Shown piece after piece: positions 9,403 through 17,860 of a stretch of 37,746 bases of DNA. A model generated the notes under the pieces. The model was given only the letters and a program-made list of their open reading frames with translations. It did no database searches and was not told where the DNA came from. The first letter of the stretch is position 1; each line of letters begins with the position of its first letter. The stretch lies in sequence record DRR723986_5438; one strand, written 5' to 3'. The position numbers and the translations under genes were made by a program.

Positions 9403-10929
9403 TCAAAGACTCTCCAAAAATCGAATAAGGGCTGCACGATCTGCTTTTGACATATTAACCACAGCGTCCTTTTGATCCGCCGCTTCGCCGCCATGCCACA
9501 ACACCGCCTCAAGCAAAGAGCGGGCGCGACCATCATGCAGGAATTGCGTATGGCCACTGACTTGTTCAGTCAGCCCGATCCCCCACAGCGGTGGCGTGCG
9601 CCATTCCCGACCCGTTGCGCGGGCTTCAGGGCGGTTATCTGCCAACCCTTCGCCCATATCGTGCAGCAACATGTCGCTATAAGGCCAAATCAGCTGAAAG
9701 CTTTGCTCAGGCTGATCCGCCAAACGATGGGTGACAAACTTTGGCGTGTGACAGCTGACACATCCCGTTTCGTAAAAGATCTGCTTGCCCTGCAGGACCT
9801 CTGGATCGTCAACATCGCGCCGCGCGGGAACGGCCAAGTTGCGGCTGTAAAATGTCACCAACTGCATCCCCACAACATCGACTTCTTGGCCGCGCGCATC
9901 GCCGTCGCCATGTGGGGCGGCCCGACAGTCCTCTTGCGCCTCGGTGCAGTCCCCCCATGCCAAGGGATAGAGCGGGGTCGAAATCCCGATGTCGCCGTTG
10001 AACGCCGCCGAAGATTGATCATTCACCGTGGGCGATCCGGCTTTTAGGCCAAACCGGCCCAACATCGGTTTGTCAAACTCACGAGACCAGACAATATTTG
10101 CCCGCCCTGATATGCCATCCCCATCCTCATCATTTGGGTCCGCGCCTTTCAGAATGTCAGCCGCAGGAATGGCCTCCAGCAATCCAAGACCAATCATCTG
10201 CGGTGCGACGCGCGGGCTTAGCATCGCATCGGCCTGCATCGGGCCATAGCCCAGATCCAACGCACGATACGTGGGCTGCCGCAGCGATACGGTTTCCCCA
10301 TCTGAAAGCGTCACAGCAATCTCTTCGTATTGGATATCCAATCGGTATTCTGCCGCATGACCGGGCAGCGAGAAATCCTGAAGCTGCCCGCCATATGTGG
10401 GCTCTGGCTGCGTCGCCAGATAATCTCTGATCTCGGCGACCCCCTCCCCACCCGGCACAGACACCCGCAGGAACATCGAAACCGAACTGTCATCCCGACC
10501 ATTTGGCGGATGCCCCCGCCCGTCCTTGATATGGCACCTCTGGCAAGACCGTGCGTTGTACAACGGACCCAATCCATCCGACGCCAAAGTCGACGAAGGC
10601 GAAGACACCCAAAGCTTTTTGAACAACCCGTTGCCCAGCTTGAAATCCAGCTCGCGCTCGAACTCCATGTTGCCAGAGGGTTGCGAAAACGCATCCGCAT
10701 TTGACCGCACGCGCACGGTTGCCGCCCCGGCTGGTTTCCCCTCAAACGCTTCGGCTTGGGCAAAATCAGCGGTCGGCACCGTGACATCACGGATCCGCGC
10801 GGTTTCAGCTTGGGTTCTGGGTAAAGTATCAAGATGCGGGTCACTCAGGTCCCCCGCCATTGCGGTGGTCGCTGTGCTGACAGCAACCACCCAAGCCAGT
10901 TTATTCGGCTTCGTCCATTTTGACCGCAT
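9403..10929 (-). CDS. Di-heme oxidoreductase family protein (DUF1111/IrpB-like)
   Basis: Two CxxCH motifs (CQRCH, CVSCH), [64 protein letters not shown]; start chosen at MRSKWTK because it gives a good signal peptide (AMA cleavage); start uncertain. Confidence 0.9.
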   Translation of the reverse strand: MRSKWTKPNKLAWVVAVSTATTAMAGDLSDPHLDTLPRTQAETARIRDVTVPTADFAQAEAFEGKPAGAATVRVRSNADAFSQPSGNMEFERELDFKLGNGLFKKLWVSSPSSTLASDGLGPLYNARSCQRCHIKDGRGHPPNGRDDSSVSMFLRVSVPGGEGVAEIRDYLATQPEPTYGGQLQDFSLPGHAAEYRLDIQYEEIAVTLSDGETVSLRQPTYRALDLGYGPMQADAMLSPRVAPQMIGLGLLEAIPAADILKGADPNDEDGDGISGRANIVWSREFDKPMLGRFGLKAGSPTVNDQSSAAFNGDIGISTPLYPLAWGDCTEAQEDCRAAPHGDGDARGQEVDVVGMQLVTFYSRNLAVPARRDVDDPEVLQGKQIFYETGCVSCHTPKFVTHRLADQPEQSFQLIWPYSDMLLHDMGEGLADNRPEARATGREWRTPPLWGIGLTEQVSGHTQFLHDGRARSLLEAVLWHGGEAADQKDAVVNMSKADRAALIRFLESL

Positions 10930-11386
10930 TGAGATGCGCATAGTTTTCAGGCCCAACCCGATCATGGAGTTCCAACTGCGTTTCAAGAAAATCGATGTGA
11001 CCTTCTTCATCCGCAATCAGCGTTTCAAACAGCTTCATCGTGACGTAATCGCCAACCGTGCTGCAGTGTTCCCGCGCCTCAACATAGAGCGCGCGTGCGT
11101 CTTGCTCAGCAGCCAAATCACATTCCAACGTTTCCTTGGGTGTCTGCCCAATCCGCAGCGAATCCAATTTCTGCAAGTTGGGGTGGCCCTCAAGGAAGAT
11201 GATCCGTTCGATCAATTTGTCCGCATGCTCCATTTCCTCAATGGATTCTTCGCGGCTTTTCTTGGCCATATGAATCAGGCCCCAGTCCTCTTGCAAGCGG
11301 TAGTGCAGCCAATACTGGCTGACCGCAGTCAGCTCATGGCGCAGCGACTTGTTGAGGTACTCGATGACCTTGGGATCGCCCTTCAT
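10901..11386 (-). CDS. bfr: Bacterioferritin
   Basis: 161 aa [12 protein letters not shown]...; ferroxidase ligands E18, E51, H54, EEGH motif, heme Met52; SD AGGAG. Confidence 0.97.
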   Translation of the reverse strand: MKGDPKVIEYLNKSLRHELTAVSQYWLHYRLQEDWGLIHMAKKSREESIEEMEHADKLIERIIFLEGHPNLQKLDSLRIGQTPKETLECDLAAEQDARALYVEAREHCSTVGDYVTMKLFETLIADEEGHIDFLETQLELHDRVGPENYAHLNAVKMDEAE

Positions 11387-11627
11387 GTCTTCTCTCCTGT
11401 GTTGCTCCGACTCGCAAAGAACGGAGGTGCATTGGAACTTCGAGGTTATCACTCGCGCGCATGGTGTCCAGAAACAGCGGCATGCATCCGCCACAATCAG
11501 CCGACTTGCCCAGCGCGTGATAGATTTTTCCAGGTGTGATGATCGTTTCGGGATCTGACGCGCGCATCCAGTCAATAGCGGCGCGGATTTCGTGATCCGT
11601 GATATTAGTACAATGGCAAACGATCAT
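11334..11627 (-). CDS. bfd: Bacterioferritin-associated [2Fe-2S] ferredoxin
   Basis: MIVCHC...ADCGGC cysteine pattern directly upstream of bfr. Confidence 0.9.
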   Translation of the reverse strand: MIVCHCTNITDHEIRAAIDWMRASDPETIITPGKIYHALGKSADCGGCMPLFLDTMRASDNLEVPMHLRSLRVGATQERRHEGRSQGHRVPQQVAAP

Positions 11628-11658
11628 CTGGGCGTATCCTGGCGCTCGTCACATATTC

Positions 11659-11675
11659 CTGACTATATTAATCGG
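11659..11675. promoter_or_regulatory. Iron-Rhodo-box-like site upstream of bfd
   Basis: CTGACTATATTAATCGG, an imperfect CTGA-N9-TCAG palindrome with AT-rich core, about 30 nt from the bfd start. Confidence 0.65.
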
Positions 11676-11742
11676 ATACTTAGCAAGTTTGCCTACAGAG
11701 TCCAGCGCCGATTCACCTTTTCCAACAAAAACTATCGGAAAT

Positions 11743-11768
11743 AAAAAAGGGCCGCAAAACTGCGGCCC
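11743..11768 (-). terminator. Intrinsic terminator after the porin-like gene
   Basis: Minus strand GGGCCGCA-gttt-TGCGGCCC-TTTTTT. Confidence 0.85.
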
Positions 11769-11823
11769 AAGTCAAAGGAGCGTCGATCAGGAAAAGACGC
11801 AACCAAGGGAAGTCTAACCAGGC

Positions 11824-12834
11824 TTAGCTGCCCAGCGCGATTTCAAAGTTCACACCCAGAACATGATCTGTAACGGCCCCTTCTTTGACCTGCGCCAATG
11901 CGCCACCGATCAAATACCGCTCACCAAATTCATATTCCGCGCCAACCGACAGCACCTCTGTCTTTTCACGGTTGGTGATATCACGCACCGCATAGGTGCC
12001 CGACAGCGTGACCTCTCCGATTGCATAAGCCGCATTCAGCGTTGCATAGGTTGCCTTGTCTGCTGTGCCTTCAAAGCCTTCAAACTGTGCGAATTCAGCA
12101 AAGGCATCCAACGGCAGGTTGGCAAATGAATGCTGAACACTGGCCACAACGCCTGTCTCATCTTTGACATCGCCGATTCCGGCGCTTAGACGCCGCACGC
12201 CCAGACGCACTTCGGTATCATCAAAGCCTTTAACCCAGGTCATCGAGCCGTTGTTCAGCTTGCCTGTGTTTCCGGCGCCACCGGCTGCGGTGGTGTTTTG
12301 CGGACGGCGGAACCCAACGGATTTGCTCAGCGCAGTATCATCGGCAAAGAACAGACCAAAGTGCAATGCACCCGCATCGCCCAGTTCTACTTCGGCCAAA
12401 CCACCTAGCTGTTCGGTCAACTCATAGTCTTCTGCCAGATCCGTAGCAAAATAGCCCGCTGTCGCATCCCAAGCGATACCAAAGACCGGCGAAACCTTAC
12501 CAACAGCAAAAGTGGCGTGCTGTGTTGAAATGGTGAATCCCAGCTCTTTGACGTACAAACCCCAGTCGGTGAAATGCTTGTCCGTTGGTGTCGCGTCATT
12601 CAGGTTTTCACCAGTCAAAGCGCCAAAAACACCAAAGGTCTCATTGAACTGATAGGCGGCGCTCAAGTCCAAAGTAGCGCCCGTTGCGCCGAACTCTTTT
12701 GTCGGGTCATCCGACTTGAATGTGTTGTCGTGGGTGAATTCCAGGGATCCTTCCCATGTGAATTCCTGTGCTTGCGCGGCGGTCGCAACAAATGGCGCAG
12801 CGCATACCAGCGCCGCGATCAGCTTCGTGTTCAT
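11824..12834 (-). CDS. Putative outer-membrane beta-barrel (porin-like) protein, family not recognised
   Basis: Sec signal (AQA), alternating hydrophobic/aromatic strands (LDLSAAYQF, LNAAYAI, VGAEYEF, LGVNFEI), Gly/Asp/Thr-rich loops, 336 aa. Confidence 0.75.
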   Translation of the reverse strand: MNTKLIAALVCAAPFVATAAQAQEFTWEGSLEFTHDNTFKSDDPTKEFGATGATLDLSAAYQFNETFGVFGALTGENLNDATPTDKHFTDWGLYVKELGFTISTQHATFAVGKVSPVFGIAWDATAGYFATDLAEDYELTEQLGGLAEVELGDAGALHFGLFFADDTALSKSVGFRRPQNTTAAGGAGNTGKLNNGSMTWVKGFDDTEVRLGVRRLSAGIGDVKDETGVVASVQHSFANLPLDAFAEFAQFEGFEGTADKATYATLNAAYAIGEVTLSGTYAVRDITNREKTEVLSVGAEYEFGERYLIGGALAQVKEGAVTDHVLGVNFEIALGS

Positions 12835-12880
12835 TTTTCTACTTTCTTAGAGGAAACGTTTGGCTGACCGAGGTACTGGC

Positions 12881-12898
12881 TGAACGTTATAACATAAC
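12881..12898. promoter_or_regulatory. Zur-box-like site / extended -10 upstream of the porin gene
   Basis: Minus strand GTTATGTTATAACGTTCA; contains the perfect inverted repeat CGTTAT-N3-ATAACG (12885-12899) and TGnTATAAC. Confidence 0.5.
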
Positions 12899-12900
12899 GC

Positions 12901-14163
12901 TTACTGAAATACGGCGCTTGGGTTGTCAAGCGAATCTGATCCTTCGAACTCAACCGTATCCAATTTCAAAGTGGCGACGATCCGTTGGATGGTGCGCGTC
13001 TGATCGGTCAGGCCATTCACACCGCCCATGATCAGCTGCTCACCCCCGGCATTGCCACGTTCCAACATCTGGTCGTAAGCAAACCCAGCTTCGGCTGCGG
13101 TTTTGATCCGCGCCAAGGCCATCATGGTGGTCGACAGTTTGGTTTTCATTTCCGTGTCCAAACCGCTGTCCGCATCCACGACCAAATCAGACAGGGATGC
13201 GCCCGACACCAGCTCACCGTTCACACGAACGTACTGACCCAGATAGACGTTCTGCACACCCAAACCGTCAAAATAGTGGCTGTTGTGCGTGTTGTCGGAA
13301 AAGCAGTCGTGCTCTTCTTCGGGATCGTTCAACATCAGGCCAAGACGCATACGTTCGCCCGCTTGCTCACCATAAGACAAGCTGCCCATACCGGTCAGCA
13401 TGGCAACGATACCAGCGCCTTCGTCCTGCATCACGCTCTGACGGGCGTCGCCGCCTTTGGCCCATTGTTCGCTCATCCAAGCCAGATCGCTGACCAACAG
13501 ATCAGTTGACGCCTTTAGATATTCGCCCCGGCGGTCACAGTTGCCGTTGGTGCAATCCTCGCCTACGCCATAATCCGTCCAAGACCGGTTGCCCGCGCCT
13601 GCATTGGTCCCATTCAGATCCTGACCCCAAAGCAGGAATTCAATCGCGTGATAGCCAGTCGCAACGTTTGACTCGACACCCTCTGCCTCGTGCAATGTGT
13701 CAGACAACAGCGCCGGTGTGATTGCGGATGCATCCACGGCTTTACCTGACAGTTCAAAGTTCGGGGTCGCCACAACATTCAGAACCGCATTTGCATTTTC
13801 ATCGGTCGCACCGCCATAGCTGGCGTCGACATAATCGATCAGACCTTCATCCAGCGGCCAGGCGTTCACTTTGCCTTCCCAGTCATCGACGATGGCATTA
13901 CCGAAGCGGAACACTTCGGTCTGCTGATATGGAACGCGCGCGGCAAGCCATGCGGTTTTAGCCGCTTGCAACGTTTCAGCCGACGGCGTCGCGATCAGCG
14001 CATCAACAGCGGCTTGCAATGTTTTGGCGGTGCTCAGGCTGTCTTCGTACCCGGCCTGCGCGATATTGGCATAGGTTTCCAGAACAGCGGCCTTGTCACC
14101 AGCCAAAGCCGGAACAGCAAAGGAAAACGTCAGCGCCGTGGCCGCAAGCAATTTCAAAGTCAT
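12901..14163 (-). CDS. irpA: Imelysin-family iron-regulated protein A (IrpA/IcmP-like, peptidase M75 fold)
   Basis: Sec signal (PALA), AWLAARVPYQQTEVFRF, NAWPLDEGLIDYV, GYHAIEFLLWGQD (GxHxxE), EEEHDCFSDNT; SD GAGGA. Confidence 0.92.
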   Translation of the reverse strand: MTLKLLAATALTFSFAVPALAGDKAAVLETYANIAQAGYEDSLSTAKTLQAAVDALIATPSAETLQAAKTAWLAARVPYQQTEVFRFGNAIVDDWEGKVNAWPLDEGLIDYVDASYGGATDENANAVLNVVATPNFELSGKAVDASAITPALLSDTLHEAEGVESNVATGYHAIEFLLWGQDLNGTNAGAGNRSWTDYGVGEDCTNGNCDRRGEYLKASTDLLVSDLAWMSEQWAKGGDARQSVMQDEGAGIVAMLTGMGSLSYGEQAGERMRLGLMLNDPEEEHDCFSDNTHNSHYFDGLGVQNVYLGQYVRVNGELVSGASLSDLVVDADSGLDTEMKTKLSTTMMALARIKTAAEAGFAYDQMLERGNAGGEQLIMGGVNGLTDQTRTIQRIVATLKLDTVEFEGSDSLDNPSAVFQ

Positions 14164-14236
14164 TTTGTTTTGTCCTCAATATCTTGGTCAGGAATCTGTT
14201 GGCCCAGAGTGCGGCGCAGATCAGGATTGCGCCTTA

Positions 14237-14255
14237 CCTGATTAAAATTATCAGG
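14237..14255. promoter_or_regulatory. Iron-Rhodo-box-like palindrome 1 upstream of irpA
   Basis: CCTGATTAAAATTATCAGG; adjacent to a minus-strand TTGACA (14258-14263). Confidence 0.75.
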
Positions 14256-14265
14256 CTTGTCAATC

Positions 14266-14282
14266 CTGAGTTAAACCATCAG
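14266..14282. promoter_or_regulatory. Iron-Rhodo-box-like palindrome 2 upstream of irpA
   Basis: CTGAGTTAAACCATCAG, same CTGA-N9-TCAG geometry, 28 bp from box 1. Confidence 0.5.
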
Positions 14283-14450
14283 CTTTATTTTTCATCCACC
14301 CCCACCGCTCAAAAATGGCCCCCCCGCCTTTAGTTTACGGTTCGGGTCGTGCACTATGGGTAAGAAAACCAATTCAAGCCGATACGACACTTGATGAGCC
14401 ATCACTTTGGACGCACCATCCCGTTATTGGCGAAAGGGAACAGGACCCAA

Positions 14451-15872
14451 ATGATTCATCCCATTCTTTTGTGTGGCGGCTCGGGCACCCGGCTGTGGCC
14501 GTTGTCGAGAAAAAGCTACCCTAAGCAGTTTGTCCCTCTGGTTGGGACGGACACCCTATTTCAAGCCTCAGCCAAACGGCTGTCCGGCCCAGATTACGCC
14601 GCCCCCATGGTGCTTACGAATTCTGCGTTCCGGTTTATCGTCACCGAACAACTGGCCGAAATTGGTATTGATCCCGGTCCAGTTCTGATTGAACCCTCGG
14701 GGCGTAACACTGCGCCTGCAATTCTCGCCGCGGCCCTATGGTTGGCAAAATCCGACCCCGACGCGCTGATGCTGGTGGCGCCTTCCGATCACGTTGTTCC
14801 CGACAGCGTAGCCTTTCGCGCCGCCGTAGATGCAGGCCTTGAAGATGCGCAAAACGGTCAGCTGGTCACCTTTGGCATTACGCCAACACGACCCGAAACC
14901 GGATATGGGTACCTGGAACTGACCGCCGCGCCCAAAGACACCGGCACGACCCCGATTGCTCTCAAACGGTTTGTCGAAAAACCAGATGCTGAAACGGCTG
15001 ACAAGATGGTCACCTCTGGCCAATTCCTGTGGAACGCTGGGATATTTCTGTTTTCGGCGCGCGCGCTGCTCGATGCGGTAACCGCGCATGCGCCGCAACT
15101 GATCGACCCCGTCCAAGGCGCTGTGACTGGGGCGAAACCCGATCTGGGTTTCTTGCGTCTGGATCCAGAAGCGTGGGATCAGGCCGAAGATATCTCAATC
15201 GACTACGCTGTGATGGAACACGCAACCAACCTGACTGTTGTGCCATTTTCAGCGGGCTGGTCCGATCTGGGGGACTGGGATTCAGTCCTGCGCGAATCCA
15301 CCCCCGATGATCGCGGTGTGGCGTTGTCCGGGCCAGCCACGGCTATTGATTGCGATAACACCTTGCTGCGGTCCGAAGATGACTCTCTCGAAGTGGTCGG
15401 GATCGGGCTGGAAAATATCGTCGCCGTCGCCATGCCGGACGCGGTCTTGATCGCAGATAAATCCCGCGCGCAGGACGTCAAACAGGCCGTCACGGTCCTG
15501 AAAACCAAACAGGCCAAACAGGCTGAATCCTTTCCCAAAGATCACCGCCCTTGGGGTTGGTTCGAAAGCCTTGTGGTTGGCGAACGGTTTCAGGTCAAAC
15601 GCATCATGGTGCACCCCGGCGCATCGCTTAGCCTGCAAAGCCACCACCACCGCTCGGAGCATTGGATCGTGGTCGAAGGCACCGCCAAGGTCACCGTCGA
15701 TGACGAGGTCAGGTTGATCAGCGAAAACCAATCCGTCTACATCCCACTGGGGGCTGTGCACCGCATGGAAAACCCCGGCAAAGTGCCAATGGTCCTGATC
15801 GAGGTCCAAACCGGTGTCTACCTGGGCGAAGATGACATCATCCGCTACGAAGATGTCTATTCCCGTGGATAA
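14451..15872 (+). CDS. manC: Mannose-1-phosphate guanylyltransferase / mannose-6-phosphate isomerase
   Basis: MIHPILLCGGSGTRLWPLSR..PKQF, EP.GRNTAPA, FVEKP, SIDYAVME, WSDLG.W, C-terminal cupin RPWG...SLQSHHHRSEHW; SD CAGGA. Confidence 0.96.
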   Translation: MIHPILLCGGSGTRLWPLSRKSYPKQFVPLVGTDTLFQASAKRLSGPDYAAPMVLTNSAFRFIVTEQLAEIGIDPGPVLIEPSGRNTAPAILAAALWLAKSDPDALMLVAPSDHVVPDSVAFRAAVDAGLEDAQNGQLVTFGITPTRPETGYGYLELTAAPKDTGTTPIALKRFVEKPDAETADKMVTSGQFLWNAGIFLFSARALLDAVTAHAPQLIDPVQGAVTGAKPDLGFLRLDPEAWDQAEDISIDYAVMEHATNLTVVPFSAGWSDLGDWDSVLRESTPDDRGVALSGPATAIDCDNTLLRSEDDSLEVVGIGLENIVAVAMPDAVLIADKSRAQDVKQAVTVLKTKQAKQAESFPKDHRPWGWFESLVVGERFQVKRIMVHPGASLSLQSHHHRSEHWIVVEGTAKVTVDDEVRLISENQSVYIPLGAVHRMENPGKVPMVLIEVQTGVYLGEDDIIRYEDVYSRG

Positions 15873-15878
15873 ATACCC

Positions 15879-15902
15879 TGCGGGTGCCCCGGGGCACCCG
15901 CA
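15879..15902. repeat. Perfect 24-bp GC-rich palindrome (REP-like or terminator-like hairpin)
   Basis: TGCGGGTGCCCC|GGGGCACCCGCA between the convergent manC and cytochrome c genes. Confidence 0.7.
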
Positions 15903-15988
15903 AACAAACCTGTCCTAATGGATCCGACCGAAACAGGTGCCCCAAGCTGCGGCCTTGCACTGGTCGTTGGTACGGTCACTGAACCCTA

Positions 15989-16432
15989 TCAATCCTGCAA
16001 AGTTTCTAAATACGCAGTCAATGCAACCAACGCCGAAGGCGTGGGAATTTCCCGCCCGTCCTTAGCTGTCCAGATCACCTGAGGGCTGTCCAAGATCGGC
16101 CCGAACTCTGGCATCAAGGCATCCAGATCCTTGCCGCGATACCCGTAGATTTCGACCATCAGCCTTTCAGTCGGGAACACTCCATCATTGGCCTCAGCCA
16201 ACAGACGCAGATTGGCGGGCGCAACAGGCAAATCACCTGCATTCGGCCCGTCCCCTGCCCCAGTGCGCCCATGGCAAGTCTGACAATTTTCCCGGTACAG
16301 CGCCTCTCCGGACTGAGAGGGAGCCGTCGAACACGCCGCCAGACCGACAGCTGCTGCAAGACCTACAAAAGGTAGCACTTTCAGACCGCTAAAGATCTTG
16401 GCTTGCCCATTCACGCCTGTCTCGAACTGCAC
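15989..16432 (-). CDS. Monoheme c-type cytochrome, probable lipoprotein
   Basis: Lipobox LAAC, GEALY..NCQTCHG..G.GDGP, PANL, MPEFG (likely Met ligand); GGAGG-N7-GTG start. Confidence 0.88.
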   Translation of the reverse strand: MQFETGVNGQAKIFSGLKVLPFVGLAAAVGLAACSTAPSQSGEALYRENCQTCHGRTGAGDGPNAGDLPVAPANLRLLAEANDGVFPTERLMVEIYGYRGKDLDALMPEFGPILDSPQVIWTAKDGREIPTPSALVALTAYLETLQD

Positions 16433-16634
16433 TCATCCACCTCCTATTTTGCGACGCAAATTGTACCTCTCTTTCGCCACAGGGTCATCGGATCCTCTAA
16501 CTATATTCAAAGACTGTTATATCAGATCCACACCCCTCAACCGCGCCTGCTTCAAACTGGCAAACTCCCCATTGCATCTCAGTCGCCTATGCTTGGGATC
16601 ACAACACGTTTCATTCCAAAGAAAGGCCCCGATC

Positions 16635-17786
16635 TTGGACCTTGCCGGTTTCCTTATCACGCTCGGCGTTTTGTTTCTGGCCGGGCTGGCTGCAGATGAA
16701 TTTGGGCGGGTCACGCGATTTCCTCGGGTTACCTTGCTTCTCTTGCTCGGGTTGGCCGCCGGAAATGCAGGGCTTGGGCTGATCCCGGACGACGTCGCAC
16801 TTTGGTTTGATGCGCTGTCTATCATCGCGCTGACGATGGTGTCGTTCCTGTTGGGTGGGTCGGTTTCATACAGGAATCTCATGCGCCACGGTCGCGCGAT
16901 CCTCGCGATTTCATTGGCGATCGTGGCCTTTACGATCCTACTGGTCACGGCCGGCCTGACCGCTGTCGGAGTAGATCCGGGGTTGGCGCTGTTGCTCGGG
17001 GCCATTGCCACCGCAACCGCCCCCGCCGCGATGACCGATGTGATCCGGCAATCCGGCGTCAAAAACGGATTCACCGACACGCTCAAAGCCATCGTCGCCA
17101 TTGATGACGCATGGGGGCTGATCGTGTTCAGCGTCGCGCTTGTTCTTGCCGGGCACAGCGATGGCTGGCTGGCGGTTCTGTCAGGCACGTTTCACGAATT
17201 GGGCGGTGCCGTTGCCCTCGGCATCGGGATTGGCATCCCTGCCGCCTTTCTAACCGGGCGCTTAAAACCCGGCGAACCCATGCAGGCCGAGGCCATTGGG
17301 ATCGTGTTTCTAACCGCCGGTATCGCCCTCTGGCTTGAGGTGTCATTCCTCATCTCTGGCATGACCGCAGGGGCCATAATCGCCAACTTTGCGCGCCACC
17401 ATGACCGCGCCTTTCATGAAATCGAGCACGTCCAATGGCCCTTTATGATCTTGTTTTTTCTGCTGGCTGGCGCATCGCTAGAGCTTGATGCGCTCCGAAT
17501 GCTGGGACTGACCGGCGCGTTGTTTGTGGTGTTTCGTATCCTTGGACGTCTTGCAGGCGGCATTGTGGGCGCCCATCTTGGCGGCGCGCCCCGCAAAGAG
17601 GTATTTTGGTATGGCCCCGCGCTACTGCCCCAAGCCGGGGTTGCAGTGGGCATGGCGCTGGTCGCTGGCGAACGGTTCCCACAATGGGAGACAGCGATCA
17701 TGGCCTTTACAATCACAAGCACCGTCATCTTTGAAATCTTGGGGCCTCCGGTTACGCTCTTCGCGATACGCCGCGTGTCCAAATGA
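16635..17786 (+). CDS. Cation:proton antiporter (CPA superfamily, no obvious cytoplasmic TrkA domain)
   Basis: About 12 TM segments, ATATAPAA, AIDDA, FFLLAGASL, LLPQAGVAVG; TTG start after GAAAGG. Confidence 0.88.
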   Translation: MDLAGFLITLGVLFLAGLAADEFGRVTRFPRVTLLLLLGLAAGNAGLGLIPDDVALWFDALSIIALTMVSFLLGGSVSYRNLMRHGRAILAISLAIVAFTILLVTAGLTAVGVDPGLALLLGAIATATAPAAMTDVIRQSGVKNGFTDTLKAIVAIDDAWGLIVFSVALVLAGHSDGWLAVLSGTFHELGGAVALGIGIGIPAAFLTGRLKPGEPMQAEAIGIVFLTAGIALWLEVSFLISGMTAGAIIANFARHHDRAFHEIEHVQWPFMILFFLLAGASLELDALRMLGLTGALFVVFRILGRLAGGIVGAHLGGAPRKEVFWYGPALLPQAGVAVGMALVAGERFPQWETAIMAFTITSTVIFEILGPPVTLFAIRRVSK

Positions 17787-17860
17787 CCGCCACACCCTTC
17801 ATCAGTGCACCCGATGTCTTGCCCCCTCTCAGCCCGGCATAACCGACTGGTGGCCTCGGC

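Noticed and set aside
10526-11539. 337-aa plus-strand ORF
   Set aside because: Antisense shadow of the di-heme gene, bfr and bfd; no recognisable motif or SD.
11387-11575. Apparent N-terminal extension of Bfr (possible Bfd-Bfr fusion)
   Set aside because: It is in a different frame from bfd; the canonical MKGD start has a strong SD; no slippery site was evident.
16558-16577. Possible sigma54 promoter (TGGCA...TTGC) before the antiporter
   Set aside because: GG-to-GC spacing is 13 nt rather than the required 10.
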